Below the pieces are notes generated by a model, which saw only the letters and a list, made by a program, of their open reading frames with translations, was not told the DNA's origin and made no database searches. From an uncultured delta proteobacterium (GTDB taxonomy: Bacteria; Desulfobacterota; Desulfuromonadia; Desulfuromonadales; JACZKF01): a stretch of 64,000 nt of DNA. The position numbers were made by a program, and so were the translations under genes. The stretch covers positions 448,001 to 512,000 of the forward strand of contig CAWFKQ010000005.1 in assembly GCA_963816395.1 (NCBI GenBank), in the 5' to 3' direction. Below, piece by piece: positions 43,853-54,332 of this stretch. Every line of letters begins with the position of its first letter. The first letter of the stretch is position 1.

Positions 43853-43915
43853 GTAATCTGCAATCAGTGATGGGTGACAGGTGCAGGTCCTTACATGTCA
43901 CACATCACTCATTAC
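43853..43915. repeat. 7-mer-periodic inverted repeat between iscR and iscS
   Basis: GTAATCT GCAATCA GTGATGG GTGACAG GTGCAGG ... TTAC ATGTCAC ACATCAC TCATTAC. Confidence 0.75.
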
Positions 43916-44343
43916 ACATTGCGCCTCTGAAGTTTTTGCCGGGCTTCCACCGTCAGGTCCTCGAGAGTGATCGAAGCAAGGAACTGGCGGATACGGTCCC
44001 CGAGCCCCTGCCAGACGCTGTGGGTGGTGCACTCGTCGGCGCAGGCGCATCCCCTGCGATCCTCCATACAGGAGACCGGAATCAGGGTTTCTTCCACGCT
44101 GTCGATAATTTCGTCGACACGGATCTGTGCCGCCGGTCGGGCCAGGATATAACCCCCGCCCGGACCGCGGATACTGTCGACGATCCCCCCGCGACGCAGC
44201 TTGACAAACAGCTGCTCCAGATAATTGAGGGAAATCTCTTCCCGGACGGAAATGGCGCGGATGGAAACGGGCGAATTATCGGCTTGCAGATTAAGGCTCA
44301 CCATGGCCCGCACGGCGTACTGGGCCTTGGTTGAAAGTCGCAT
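43912..44343 (-). CDS. iscR: Rrf2-family Fe-S regulator IscR
   Basis: [31 protein letters not shown], Cys cluster [18 protein letters not shown]. Confidence 0.85.
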   Translation of the reverse strand: MRLSTKAQYAVRAMVSLNLQADNSPVSIRAISVREEISLNYLEQLFVKLRRGGIVDSIRGPGGGYILARPAAQIRVDEIIDSVEETLIPVSCMEDRRGCACADECTTHSVWQGLGDRIRQFLASITLEDLTVEARQKLQRRNV

Positions 44344-45043
44344 CGGCTTTCTCGTCCTCCTGGGATTCGCTGGGGTTAAGTTGCCGGCGCAGCCGCTCCT
44401 GCTCTTCCGTGAGTTCCCTGACCCGGTCTTCCAGCACCCGGATCTGGTCAAAAAGACAGGCGATTGCCTTGGCTTCCGGATCCGGCAGCCGGCCATGCTC
44501 GAGATCGACCTTTCTTTCTTCCTTCTGATCGCCGGCCATCACCACCCGGCCGGGAACGCCGACCACGGTCGAGTTGGGCGGCACTTCTTTGACCACCACC
44601 GAGTTGGAGCCGATCTTGCTGTTGTCGCCAACCGTGAAAGGACCGAGGATCTTGGCACCGGAGCCGATGATCACGTTGCTGCCGAGCGTTGGATGGCGCT
44701 TTTCCTTGGCCCATGAGGTCCCGCCGAGGGTGACGCCGTGATAGAGGGTGCAGTTGTCGCCGATCTCCGCCGTCTCTCCGATCACCACCCCCATCCCGTG
44801 GTCGATAAAGAAACCCCGGCCGATCCTGGCCCCCGGGTGGATCTCGATGCCGGTCAGAAAGCGTCCGAGGTGGGAGAGGAAACGAGCGGGGAAATGCAGC
44901 CCCAAGTCCCACAAGCGGTGGGCCGCCCGATGAAAGAGCATGGCGTGGAACCCGGGATAGCAGAAGATAATTTCGAGCACGCTGCGCACGGCCGGATCGC
45001 GCTCGAAAACCACCCGGAAATCTTCTCTCAGGCTCTGGAACAC
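44291..45043 (-). CDS. cysE: Serine O-acetyltransferase
   Basis: ERDPA, YPGFHA, IEIHPGA.IG, IDHGMG, GVTLGGT..KRHPT. GTG start at 45043 is inferred. Confidence 0.92.
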   Translation of the reverse strand: MFQSLREDFRVVFERDPAVRSVLEIIFCYPGFHAMLFHRAAHRLWDLGLHFPARFLSHLGRFLTGIEIHPGARIGRGFFIDHGMGVVIGETAEIGDNCTLYHGVTLGGTSWAKEKRHPTLGSNVIIGSGAKILGPFTVGDNSKIGSNSVVVKEVPPNSTVVGVPGRVVMAGDQKEERKVDLEHGRLPDPEAKAIACLFDQIRVLEDRVRELTEEQERLRRQLNPSESQEDEKADATFNQGPVRRAGHGEP

Positions 45044-45098
45044 GGCACACTTCTCCTCTCGGTAGCATTCCCCGACTGGGGATACGTTAAGCGATAAC

Positions 45099-45123
45099 AT
45101 ACCTGAGCAAAACTGTCAATTAA
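45099..45123 (-). promoter_or_regulatory. Putative IscR type-1 operator overlapping the -35 (TTGACA) of the cysE-isc promoter
   Basis: Minus strand TTAATTGACAGTTTTGCTCAGGTAT resembles Rrf2/IscR type-1 boxes (TTGAC-N-CTC.GG.AT). Confidence 0.55.
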
Positions 45124-45289
45124 TTTTGCCATGCACATGGGGAAGCGGGGGGAGGGCGAATCAGGCGGGTTTGAATAGGGTCAAAATAAATCGGCGTCCT
45201 TCGCCGGGGGAGCTCTCTGCCCAGCTGCGGCCCTCTCCGCCGCTATCGGATCAGCTGATCGTCATCCACGAGGAGAGCGGTCGGCATGA

Positions 45290-45499
45290 TCAATTCCAAT
45301 TTACCCCTGTCCGATTACCGGAGTCTTTCAGCAGCAGGGCTTCGGCGGCGGGAAGGTCTTCCTCGGCCACCTGCACCTGCTTCGGTCCAAGCCTTTTTTC
45401 CGGCTCCTCCGAGAGAAAATATTCAATACCGCCGTCGTGCAGGATCTGCTCGACCCGGGCCAGATCCTTCTCGTCCTTCGGATCGTAGAAAAGCACCAT
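45290..45499 (-). CDS. Small DUF2007-like hypothetical protein
   Basis: 69 aa, GGAGG RBS, L.DGGIEY...VQVAEED...A..LL pattern. Confidence 0.6.
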   Translation of the reverse strand: MVLFYDPKDEKDLARVEQILHDGGIEYFLSEEPEKRLGPKQVQVAEEDLPAAEALLLKDSGNRTGVNWN

Positions 45500-45643
45500 G
45501 GTTTCACCTCCCTTCCCCCTCCATTTTAGCAGATGAGGACCAGGAGGTGACCGCTCGCTGCGTCGCTTTCCCTCGGTTAGGCATGCAGCTAAATCTGCAT
45601 GGACGCTCCCAGCGGCAAATGCTTCAGAGCCAGCCGAACGGAA

Positions 45644-47153
45644 CTAGAGAAAGAGCCGGAAGGCGGGATTCTCCGTCTCCTCGACAAACCGATAGCCGAG
45701 ATTGGCGAGAAAGCGACGGAAATCCTTCTCCCCGCCGGCGGGGATCTCCAGGCCGATGAGCACCCGGCCGAAATCCCCCCCCTGCATGCGGTAGTGAAAA
45801 AGGGAGATATTCCAGTCGGCGCCCATGGAAGCAAGAAAGCGGGTAAGGGCGCCGGGTCGTTCGGGGAACCAGAAACGGTAAAGCGCCTCGCGGGTAACCG
45901 CCGGCGAGCGCCCGCCGACCATGTAGCGGATATGCGTTTTGGCCAGATCATTGTCCGTGAGATCGACGTTCTCGAAGCCTGAATCGGTCAGCTGGCGGCC
46001 AAAGGTGAGGCGCTCCTCCGCCTTCCGGATGGAGATGCCGACGAAGATGTGGGCCTGGTCGCGGCCGGCCAGCCGGTAATTGAACTCCGTGATGTTGCGA
46101 TCGCCTACCGCCTCGGCGCAGAAGCGCTTGAGCGCCCCGGGCTGCTCGGGGATGGTGACGGCGAATATGGCCTCCTGCTTCTCGCCGATCATGGTCCTCT
46201 CGGCCACGTAGCGAAGCCGTTCGAAATTCATGTTGGCGCCAGAATTCACAGCCACCAGCGTCCGCCCCTGCACCCCGCGTTCCCGGACGTATTTCCTCAG
46301 GCCGGCCACTCCCAGAGCGCCGGCTGGCTCGACGATGGAACGGGTCGCCTGATAGATGCTCTTGATGGCGCCGCACAGCTCATCGGTATCGACCCGGATG
46401 ACCTCATCGACATAACGCCGGCAATAATCGAAGGTGAGACTCCCCACCTCCCGCACCGCCACCCCATCGGCGAAAATGCCCACGGAATCGAGGCTGACCC
46501 GGCGCCCCTGCTCCAGGGAACGGCCCATGGCATCACTGTCCGTCGGTTCGACCCCGATCACCAGCACCTCCGGGCGCAGCGCCTTGAGGTAGGCGGCCAT
46601 GCCGGCGATCAGCCCGCCGCCGCCCACCGGCACGAAGACGGCGTCGAATTTGCCGGCGCTCTGCCGCAGCAGCTCATCCGCCACCGTCCCCTGCCCGGCA
46701 ATCACCAGTTCGTCGTCGAAGGGATGGATGAAGGTCATCCCGGTCTGCCGCACCATATCGGCGCAATGATCGGCGGCTTCCGAATAGTTGTCCCCGTGCA
46801 GCACCACCTCGGCGCCGTAGCCCTCGACCGCCGCCACCTTGATACCGGGGAGTGGTGACCGGCATCACGATCACCGCCCGCAGGCCCAGGCGGCGGGCGG
46901 AAAAAGCCACCCCCTGGGCGTGGTTGCCGGCGGAGGCGGTGATGATTCCCCGCCCGCGCTGCTCTTCCGAAAGGTGGGCGATCCTGTTGTAGGCACCACG
47001 CAGTTTGAAGGAGAAAACCGGCTGCAGGTCCTCGCGCTTGAGCAGCACCCGGTTTCCCAGGTCCCGCGAAAGCACGGCCGCCTCCTCCAGTGGCGTCTCC
47101 ACCGCCGCCTCGTACACCCTGGAAGTCAGAATGAGCCGGAGCATTTTCTGCAT
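45644..47153 (-). CDS. ilvA: Threonine ammonia-lyase, biosynthetic (frameshift near 46845)
   Basis: [41 protein letters not shown], two ACT-like domains ([13 protein letters not shown]). Confidence 0.92.
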
Positions 47154-47382
47154 GAAATTAATCCTGCAAGCAAAAAAAAGGAACGGCAGGAATTTACCAC
47201 ACTTCCCCGGAATTTCAGAGAAAAAATTGAAAAGAACAGGGGATAATGGCGACAGGTGGAAAAACAAGCTCATGAAGGATAAAGTTACCCTTACCCGTGA
47301 TTTTGAAATTACCTCTGGCCTCCAGCCCCTCGCCTGATATTAATTTAATTACCCTATCGGACTACGGAACCGGAGCCCTGCC

Positions 47383-48477
47383 ATGCGCCTTCCCTTCCGC
47401 TACCTGGAGCCGGCCTTCTTCGCCGGGCTGATGGACGACCCCATCCTGCTGGTGCACATCCGGCCGCTAGGGCGCAGCCTGCTCTTCGACTGCGGACAGA
47501 TCCACCACCTTGCCAAGCGGGTATTGCGCTCAGTCGATGCCGTTTTCATCACCCACGCCCACATGGACCACTTCATGGGGATGGATACCCTGGCCCGCCA
47601 TATCCTGGTTTCCCCGCGCACGGTGGAAATTTATGGCCCACCGGGAATCGCCGGCCGCCTGGTGCACAAGTTGGCCAGTTATGAATGGAACCTGGCGGAA
47701 GACTTCTGGTGCTCCTTCCGGGTGCGGGAAATCCACCCTCGAAGAATCCGCAACTTCCTGCTGGCAGGCCCGGAGGGATTTGCCTGTAGACAGGAATCTG
47801 AAAACTCCCGCCCCGACCCCACGATCTACGCCAACCGCTATTTGCGGGTGGAGGCCGCGTTCGGCGACCACAAAATCCCCTCCTTGCTTTTCCGCCTCAC
47901 CGAGGGGCCGGTTTTTACCCTTGATGAAGGAAAAATCGCCAAGACGGGACTCGTCCCCGGCCCCTGGCTGAAGGAACTCAAGGGGTTGTTCTTCCGCGGC
48001 CTCCTGGCTGGCACCCCCTTGACTGTTCTGCGCCGAGGCGAGGGGGTGCAGGAGGCCCGGATACCCGACGCCGCCGCCCTGTACGCGGCGATCCGCAAGG
48101 ATCTGCCGCCCACCTCACTCGGCTATTTCACCGACCTCGGTTTCAGCGAGGGAAACCGGGATAAACTCCGTTCCCTGCTGCAGGGGGTGACCCTGCTTGT
48201 CGGCGAATGCACCTACCTGCGGCAGGATGTCGCCCGGGCCCGGGCCTCTCACCACCTGTGCACCGCCGACATCAATGCCCTGCTGGATGAGCTGCGCCCC
48301 GCCTTCTTCCTTCCCATGCATCTCTCCAAGAGCTACCTGGGGGAGAGCCGCCGCCTCTACCAGGAGCTGGAACTCCCTCCCGGCACCACCCTGTTGCGCC
48401 TTCCCGAACGCATCACTCCCCGCCCCCTGCTCCCCGATGAACTCCCCCTCGCCGCGCGCGGCAGGGTCGAAGGCTGA
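47383..48477 (+). CDS. Metallo-beta-lactamase fold RNase Z-like protein
   Basis: LFDCG, THAHMDH (HxHxDH), YFTD, HL, PMHLSKSY. Confidence 0.75.
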   Translation: MRLPFRYLEPAFFAGLMDDPILLVHIRPLGRSLLFDCGQIHHLAKRVLRSVDAVFITHAHMDHFMGMDTLARHILVSPRTVEIYGPPGIAGRLVHKLASYEWNLAEDFWCSFRVREIHPRRIRNFLLAGPEGFACRQESENSRPDPTIYANRYLRVEAAFGDHKIPSLLFRLTEGPVFTLDEGKIAKTGLVPGPWLKELKGLFFRGLLAGTPLTVLRRGEGVQEARIPDAAALYAAIRKDLPPTSLGYFTDLGFSEGNRDKLRSLLQGVTLLVGECTYLRQDVARARASHHLCTADINALLDELRPAFFLPMHLSKSYLGESRRLYQELELPPGTTLLRLPERITPRPLLPDELPLAARGRVEG

Positions 48478-48662
48478 ACCTCCACCGGGATGATTTGACA
48501 AGGATAATTTTCCGGCTATGTTGACAGGGAGAGGATGAACACCTCAGAACCCCCTATTTTCATGAGGGAAATTCAACTCATCCTTGCGCACCGCGCGATG
48601 GGCAGAAGCGGGCGACCCTTGCGGCCCAGGAAGTTTCACCATAGATCACGAGGAGAGCCGTC

Positions 48663-49142
48663 GTGGAAAAGGAAAAGATTGTCAGCCTCTTGAGCGACCT
48701 GGTCCAGCTCGACATCGATGCCTGGCACGCCTATGGCCAGGCAATCGACAAGATCGAGGATTCCCTGGCCATCCGCGATCGGCTGGAGCGATATCGCGCC
48801 GACCACCACCGGCATCTGGAAGAACTGTCCGCCAGAATCACCGATCTGGAAGCGGAGCCGCCGGCCTTCTCGCGCGACTTCAAGGCTTTTCTTATCGAGG
48901 GCTTCACCGCCCTGCGCAGCGTCACCGGAACTCAGGGAGCGCTGGCTGCGATGCGGACGAACGAGCAACTGACCAACCGTAAATACGCCAGAGCCGTGGA
49001 GCAGGAAGGGCTGCCGTCGGATATCCGCGCCCTGCTGGAGACAAACTACCGCGATGAGCAGGAGCACCTGCGCTATGTGGAGGATCGTTTGGATTTCCTG
49101 GTCAGGGAAAAGGGGGGATCGGGGCGTTCACAATATTACTGA
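48663..49142 (+). CDS. Ferritin-like (DUF2383/PA2169-like) four-helix protein
   Basis: LVQLDIDA..AY.QAI, DH.RH, AMRTNE, DEQEH di-iron-like ligands. Confidence 0.75.
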   Translation: MEKEKIVSLLSDLVQLDIDAWHAYGQAIDKIEDSLAIRDRLERYRADHHRHLEELSARITDLEAEPPAFSRDFKAFLIEGFTALRSVTGTQGALAAMRTNEQLTNRKYARAVEQEGLPSDIRALLETNYRDEQEHLRYVEDRLDFLVREKGGSGRSQYY

Positions 49143-49211
49143 ATCCACTCCAGGATTTAATATAGGATGGGTGGCTAGTACTCAATAAAAAACATGCAAA
49201 GGAGATATCAC

Positions 49212-50028
49212 ATGAAAAAAATTGCCATAATTGCCAGTATTTTCATGATCGGTGCCCTTGCAGGTACCAGTTTTGCTGAACAAAACAGCAATAGCGATCA
49301 GAGTTCCAGTCAAAATTCCTACAGCAGCAATCAGGGTTCCAGTCAGGACAGCAATCAGGGTTCCAGTCAGGGCTCCTACAGCAGCAATCAGGATCAGCAG
49401 GGACAACAGAGCAATCAGCAGATCGGGCAGAGCGACCAGATGGGCCAGCAGCGCTACCAGATCGGGAAACAGCTGTGGGGCCGGAGCGGCGAGGTCGGCC
49501 AGCAAGGGAAACCAGGTCACTCCGCAATATTATGGCGTCTCCCCGCAGTGGAGCGGGTCTCAGCAAGGCCAGGGCTACCAGGGGCAGCAAGTATGGGCAG
49601 CAGTATGGGCAGCAGGGATGACCGGCAGCCAGGGCTATCAGCAGCAATGCCAGCCCTGCCAGCAGGGCCAGCAGTACGGCTACCAGCCCTACCAGCAAGG
49701 CCAACAGGGGCAGCAGTACGGCTACCAGCCCTATCAGCAGGGGCAGCAGGGGCAGCGGGGGCAGCAGTACGGCTACCAGCCCTACCAGCAGGGCCAACAG
49801 GGGCAGCAGCTATCGGCCCTCCCAGCAGGGGCAGCAAAGGTCTTATGGCCAGCAGTTCTACGGCGTCTCCCCCGGTTTCCAGGAGCGGCAGAACCAGCAG
49901 TATCAACAGGGCAGCAGAACCAGCCCTACCAGCAGTATTACCGGCAATACCAGCCGTACCAGCAAGGGCAGCAGGGCCAGCAGCAGCCCTCCTATCAGCA
50001 GGGCCAGCAAAGCGGAATGAACCAGTAA
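49212..50028 (+). CDS. Secreted Gln/Gly/Tyr/Ser-rich low-complexity repeat protein (several frameshifts)
   Basis: GGAG RBS, signal peptide MKKIAIIASIFMIGALAGTSFA, SNQGSSQ repeats, then QQYGYQPYQQGQQG repeats; ends ...QQSGMNQ* at 50028. Confidence 0.72.
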
Positions 50029-50067
50029 TCTTCTGCGGCAATCCGCTGCAGCCACCCCATCGATATC

Positions 50068-50098
50068 GCCGGGCTTTTGCGTCCGGCTTTTTCTTTTT
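50068..50098 (+). terminator. Intrinsic terminator after the Gln-rich gene
   Basis: GCCGGGC-TTTTGC-GTCCGGC-TTTTTCTTTTT. Confidence 0.7.
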
Positions 50099-50503
50099 CT
50101 GCAGTAAGAGAAAAGCCCGGGCGAAAGCCCGGGCGGTGCAAGTTTGGGAATGGAGTTCAGGTATTCTCGATCATCGTCTTCCGCCCGGATTGATACCGGT
50201 TCCGGAAGGAGACCGAGAGCCTTGATTATGCCGATGATTTTTCGGCGGATCATCTCTCGCATGATAGCCTCCCTGGGCGGATTAATGACTTTTCTGGTAT
50301 CAATTTAACACCTATTTCCCGAATGGCAAACCGAACCGCCAGGCAGGCAATCGAACCTGTTGAGTCGCCCGCTGGAATTGACACGAGCCACGTTTCCGTT
50401 ACTCTCCGGAGAGGGGAAATGCCGCAGTCCGACGGTTCACTTGTCATTTCGAGCGGCCGGCAGCCCTCCGATCTCCCTTGGCCATCTCACCGGGTGCGGC
50501 GGA

Positions 50504-51500
50504 ATGCGCAAGCGCAAGCCAGTCCTTTGGCTGCTCCTCATCAGTATCTGCCTCACCCTGGCGGTGCCGGCCCTGATCTCGGGATTCGGAAGTTTCGGGC
50601 AGCTGAAACGGCTTACCTGGCTGACCGGCATCGGTCTGCTGGTGATCACCCTCTCCAGTTGGGGGTTCAATGCCGCCCGCGTGCGGCATCTGCTGGCGAC
50701 CCTGGGCAAGAAAGTCAGCCGCCGGCAGAGTCTGGTCATTGCCATATCGGCCGAATTCGCCGGCCATGCCACACCTGCCTCCTCCGGGAATGCCGGTGAC
50801 CTTCGCCTTTCTTCTGAAGGATCTCGGGCTCAGCCTCGGCCGCGCCATGGGGCTGGTCAGCATCATCATGGCGCTGGATATCCTCTTCTTCATGACCGTG
50901 ATGATTCTGGCCTCCATCTGGGTGCTGGCGGACTACTCCTTTCAGCGGACCGGCTACCTGATCGGCATGGCCGCGGCCATCATCGTCGGCGGCCTTCTTC
51001 TCCTGTGGCTGGTGATCCGCTATTACCGGCAGGTTTATCATTTCGTCAGCCGGCAGATGGCCCGGTTCCGCTGGACGGCCAGGCGCCGCTATCGCCTGGC
51101 CCGCACCATCGTCGAGATGGTGCACGCCCTGCGGCGGATCCGCCAGCTGCCGCTTGCCAGCCAAGCAGAGTTGGCAGTTTACACCATCGGCTACTGGCTG
51201 CCCCGCTATCTGGTGCTGATCATCGCCGTCTGGCTGGTCTCCCGGGAAGTACCGGTCGCCTACCTTTTTCTTATTCAGGGTTTGCTCAACCTGGGCAGTG
51301 AGGTATTTCTGCTGCCGGCGGGGGGCGGCGGGGTGGACGCGCTCTTCTTCGGCCTGCTCTCTCCCTATCTGAGCCCCGGCAACACGACTTTTGCCCTGAT
51401 CGTCTGGCGGGCCTTCACCTTCTACTGGTATCTGCTGATCGGCGGGCCGGTTTTCCTCTGGCGTACCGGCAAAGCGGCCAGGGAATTGCTCAGCGGCTGA
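50504..51500 (+). CDS. UPF0104 / lysylphosphatidylglycerol-synthase TM (flippase-like) protein, copy 1 (frameshift near 50788)
   Basis: EFAGHATPASSG, PAGGGG.D, WRAFTFY; multi-TM. Confidence 0.78.
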
Positions 51501-51624
51501 AAACCTGCCGCGGCCGTCGTATCCGTGAATTGACAAGGGAGCTCTTTTCGTTAGGCTCGAGGTAAGTTAGCCCGGGCGACCGGTCCCTGCGAGAAAACCT
51601 ACACCAACTTATTCCGGTAGCGGA

Positions 51625-52620
51625 ATGCGCAAACGCAAGCCGGTCTTCTGGCTGCTCCTCATCAGTATCAGCCTCACCGTAATCGTGCCGGCCCTGATTT
51701 CGGGGTTCGGAAGTTTCGGACAACTGGAGCGACTCTCCTGGTCGACCGCCAGCGGGCTGCTGGGCACCATTCTCGTCAGCTGGGGGTTCAACGCCGCCCG
51801 CGTGCGGCACCTGCTGGCGACCTTGGAGAAAAAAGTCCGATTCCGGCAGAGCCTGATTATCGCCATTGCCGCCGAATTCGCCGGCCATGCCACCCCCGCC
51901 TCTTCCGGAATGCCGGTCGCCTTCGCCTTCCTGCTGAAGGATATCGGCCTCGGCGTCGGGCGTGCCCTGGGGCTGGCCAGCATCATGATGGCCCTGGATT
52001 TCGCCTTTTTCCTGGCCGTGATGATTCCTTCGGCCATCGTGGTGCTGGCGCAATCCTCCTCGCAGCGGACCGGCTTCCTGATCGGCATGGCCGCGGCCGT
52101 CGCCTTTGGCGGCATCGTCTTCCTATGGCTGGTGATCCGCCATTATCGCCAGGTTTATCACTTCATCAGCCGGCAGATGGCCCGGTTCCGCTGGGCCGCC
52201 AGGCGCCGGTATCGACTGGCCCGCTATGTGGTCGAGATGGTGCATGCCCTGCGCCGGATCCGCTGCATGCCGAGGAGCGGTCAGGTGAAGCTGGCGCTCT
52301 ATACCATCGGCTATTGGCTGCCCCGCTACCTGGTGCTTCTCGTCGCCGTCTGGCTGGTCAACCGCCAGGTGCCGATCGCCTACATCTTTCTGATCCAGGG
52401 TTTGTTCAACATCGGCATCGAGGCATTGATGTTGCCCGGCGGCGGCGGCGGGGTAGACATGCTTTTCTTCGGGCTGCTCGCCCCCTACTTGAGCCCGGTC
52501 AACATGACTTTTGCCCTGATTGTCTGGCGGGCCTATACCTTTTACTGGTATCTGCTGATCGGCGGGCCGATTTTTTTCCTGCGCACCGGCAAGGCGGCCA
52601 GGGATCTGCTCAGCGGCTGA
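51625..52620 (+). CDS. UPF0104 / lysylphosphatidylglycerol-synthase TM (flippase-like) protein, copy 2
   Basis: Intact 331-aa tandem paralog of 50504-51500 with the same start (MRKRKPV) and end (KAARxLLSG). Confidence 0.82.
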   Translation: MRKRKPVFWLLLISISLTVIVPALISGFGSFGQLERLSWSTASGLLGTILVSWGFNAARVRHLLATLEKKVRFRQSLIIAIAAEFAGHATPASSGMPVAFAFLLKDIGLGVGRALGLASIMMALDFAFFLAVMIPSAIVVLAQSSSQRTGFLIGMAAAVAFGGIVFLWLVIRHYRQVYHFISRQMARFRWAARRRYRLARYVVEMVHALRRIRCMPRSGQVKLALYTIGYWLPRYLVLLVAVWLVNRQVPIAYIFLIQGLFNIGIEALMLPGGGGGVDMLFFGLLAPYLSPVNMTFALIVWRAYTFYWYLLIGGPIFFLRTGKAARDLLSG

Positions 52621-52717
52621 TCTTAGTTTCAACGAAACAAAGCTGCGCAGCCAGGACCGGCCATTGCCTGCATCATCTTTTTCGCTATGCTTCTCTCCGG
52701 AAGAAGTGGAGGAGAGG

Positions 52718-53627
52718 ATGGGCCGTAAGCCACAGCAGTCGGTCGTGCGGGAGGAGTCTTCGCCCTGGAAAGCCGAGGGGAAGGAAATCCTCGCCGGCTT
52801 CAGCGGCGCTTTCATTTTCGGGGTTCCGCTTCTCTTCACCATGGAAGTGTGGTGGCAGGGAGCCCGGCAGCGGACCGCTCTACATGGCAGCCGCCCTGGC
52901 AGGCACCTATTTTCTCCTGATCCTGCTGATCCGGGCGGCCGGCTTCAAAAACGATCGTTTTTCAGGCTGGGGCCGGGTGTTGACCGATGCCGCCGAAGCA
53001 CTGGCAATCGGCGAAGCGGCGGCCGCCTCGAGCCTGCTGCTGGTCGGCTCGCTGAATTTCTCCCTCGGCTTTGCGCCGGCTCTGGGGCGAATCGTCCTCG
53101 AAGGGGCGCCCTTCGGCCTGGGCGTCGGGATTTCGAACTATCTCCTGCGCCCCTCCGGGCGGAAAGGTCCAGAGGGGGAGAGAAGAGGAAACGGAAAAAA
53201 AAGAGGGCAAGAGAGGCGGCCGCCCCTGGATGGGCACCCTGGCCAACCTCGGGGCGACGGCGCTCGGCGCCGTCGTTATAGCTGTGGTGATCGCCCCTTC
53301 CCAGGAGGTGCCGCTTGTCGCCGGACGGCTGAGCACCCCCTGGCTCCTGGTCCTGCTGGCCGCTTCCCTGCTGCTCTCCTATATCATCGTCTTCGTTGCC
53401 GATTTCATTTCCGTCGAGGCCCGGGCCTCCCACCCGGGCATCCTCCGCCACCCGGTGCTCCGAAACAGTCGTTGCACTGTTCGTCTCCCTGGCCATGTCG
53501 GCGGGGATGCTCCTGCTCTTTCAACGTCTTGACTTCAGTCACCCCCTCAACGACCTGGGTGTCCTACATCCTGGTTCTCAACCTCCCCGCCTCCATCGGG
53601 GGAGCAACCGGCAGGCTCGTCCTGTGA
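52718..53627 (+). CDS. TIGR02587-like (DUF2391) integral membrane protein (several frameshifts)
   Basis: GAFIFGVPLLFTMEVWW.G, DAAEALAIG, PFGLGV, IAPSQEV, PASIGGATGRL, pieced across frames. Confidence 0.72.
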
Positions 53628-53992
53628 GCCGGGAAAATGAGCAGCGTTCGACGGCCGAAAAGGTGGTTCTGGCGGTTTCGCTGACCCTGCTGGCCGGCAT
53701 TGTGGCGGGCATCCTCTACATCGCCCTGTGGCCGGCCGACCAACCGGCCAGCTTCCGGTTTGAAAGAGGGGAGATCCGACAGGCATCCGGCAGCTATTAT
53801 CTCGACTTCCAGGTTTTCAACGATGGAGATGAAACGGGGCGCAAGGTCAGGGTGAAAGGAAGGCTGGGGCAGGAGGTCGATACCACGGTATTCAACCATT
53901 TCCCGGGACATTCCGAGCAGAAAGGGGTATTCATTTTCCGCTCCTACCCGGCCGGCGCAGAGCTGCAGGTGGAGAGCTACCAGCGGCCGTAA
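53624..53992 (+). CDS. TIGR02588-like protein
   Basis: AEKVVLAVS TM helix, V.NDGDETG..V.V, G.FIF, ending VESYQRP; GTGA overlap with the upstream partner gene. Confidence 0.7.
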   Translation: MSRENEQRSTAEKVVLAVSLTLLAGIVAGILYIALWPADQPASFRFERGEIRQASGSYYLDFQVFNDGDETGRKVRVKGRLGQEVDTTVFNHFPGHSEQKGVFIFRSYPAGAELQVESYQRP

Positions 53993-54092
53993 CAGACAGC
54001 GATGCCTGACTGCGGTTGCGGCAGCCGATTCTGCGCTGGAAGGCAGATTGCGCAGCGGGCTTGAAGCCGCTTCCCGGCCGCCGCGGGGAATC

Positions 54093-54332
54093 CTATTCGA
54101 GATCGCGCTTGATCCGCTCGAATTCCTCGCGGGTGATATCGCCCCGCGCATAGCGCTTCTTGAGGATTTCCAGCGCCGTTTCGCCGCCTCCCATCCCGAC
54201 CTCCCGGCCGCGGCCGGCAAAGGACCGTACCAGGAAAATGATGCCGAAGATGACGAGAATCCAGAAGAGGATCATCCAGAACCAGCCGAACCAGCCCATC
54301 CCCCAACCCCAGTTCATGTGATCGCCGTACAT
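54093..54332 (-). CDS. SHOCT-domain membrane protein
   Basis: W/G/M-rich N-terminus, TM helix, ALEILKKRYARGDITREEFE. Confidence 0.85.
   Translation of the reverse strand: MYGDHMNWGWGMGWFGWFWMILFWILVIFGIIFLVRSFAGRGREVGMGGGETALEILKKRYARGDITREEFERIKRDLE

Noticed and set aside
47154..47382. ilvA attenuator leader peptide
   Set aside because: No short Ile/Val/Leu/Thr-rich leader with a terminator was found.
48525..48585. Nested inverted repeats (AGGATGA...TCATCCT) upstream of the ferritin-like gene as a riboswitch
   Set aside because: The stems are short and match no family I recognise; insufficient support without a covariance search.
49660..49810. 42-51 bp direct repeats as a CRISPR array
   Set aside because: They are in-frame coding repeats without unique spacers, and no cas genes are present.
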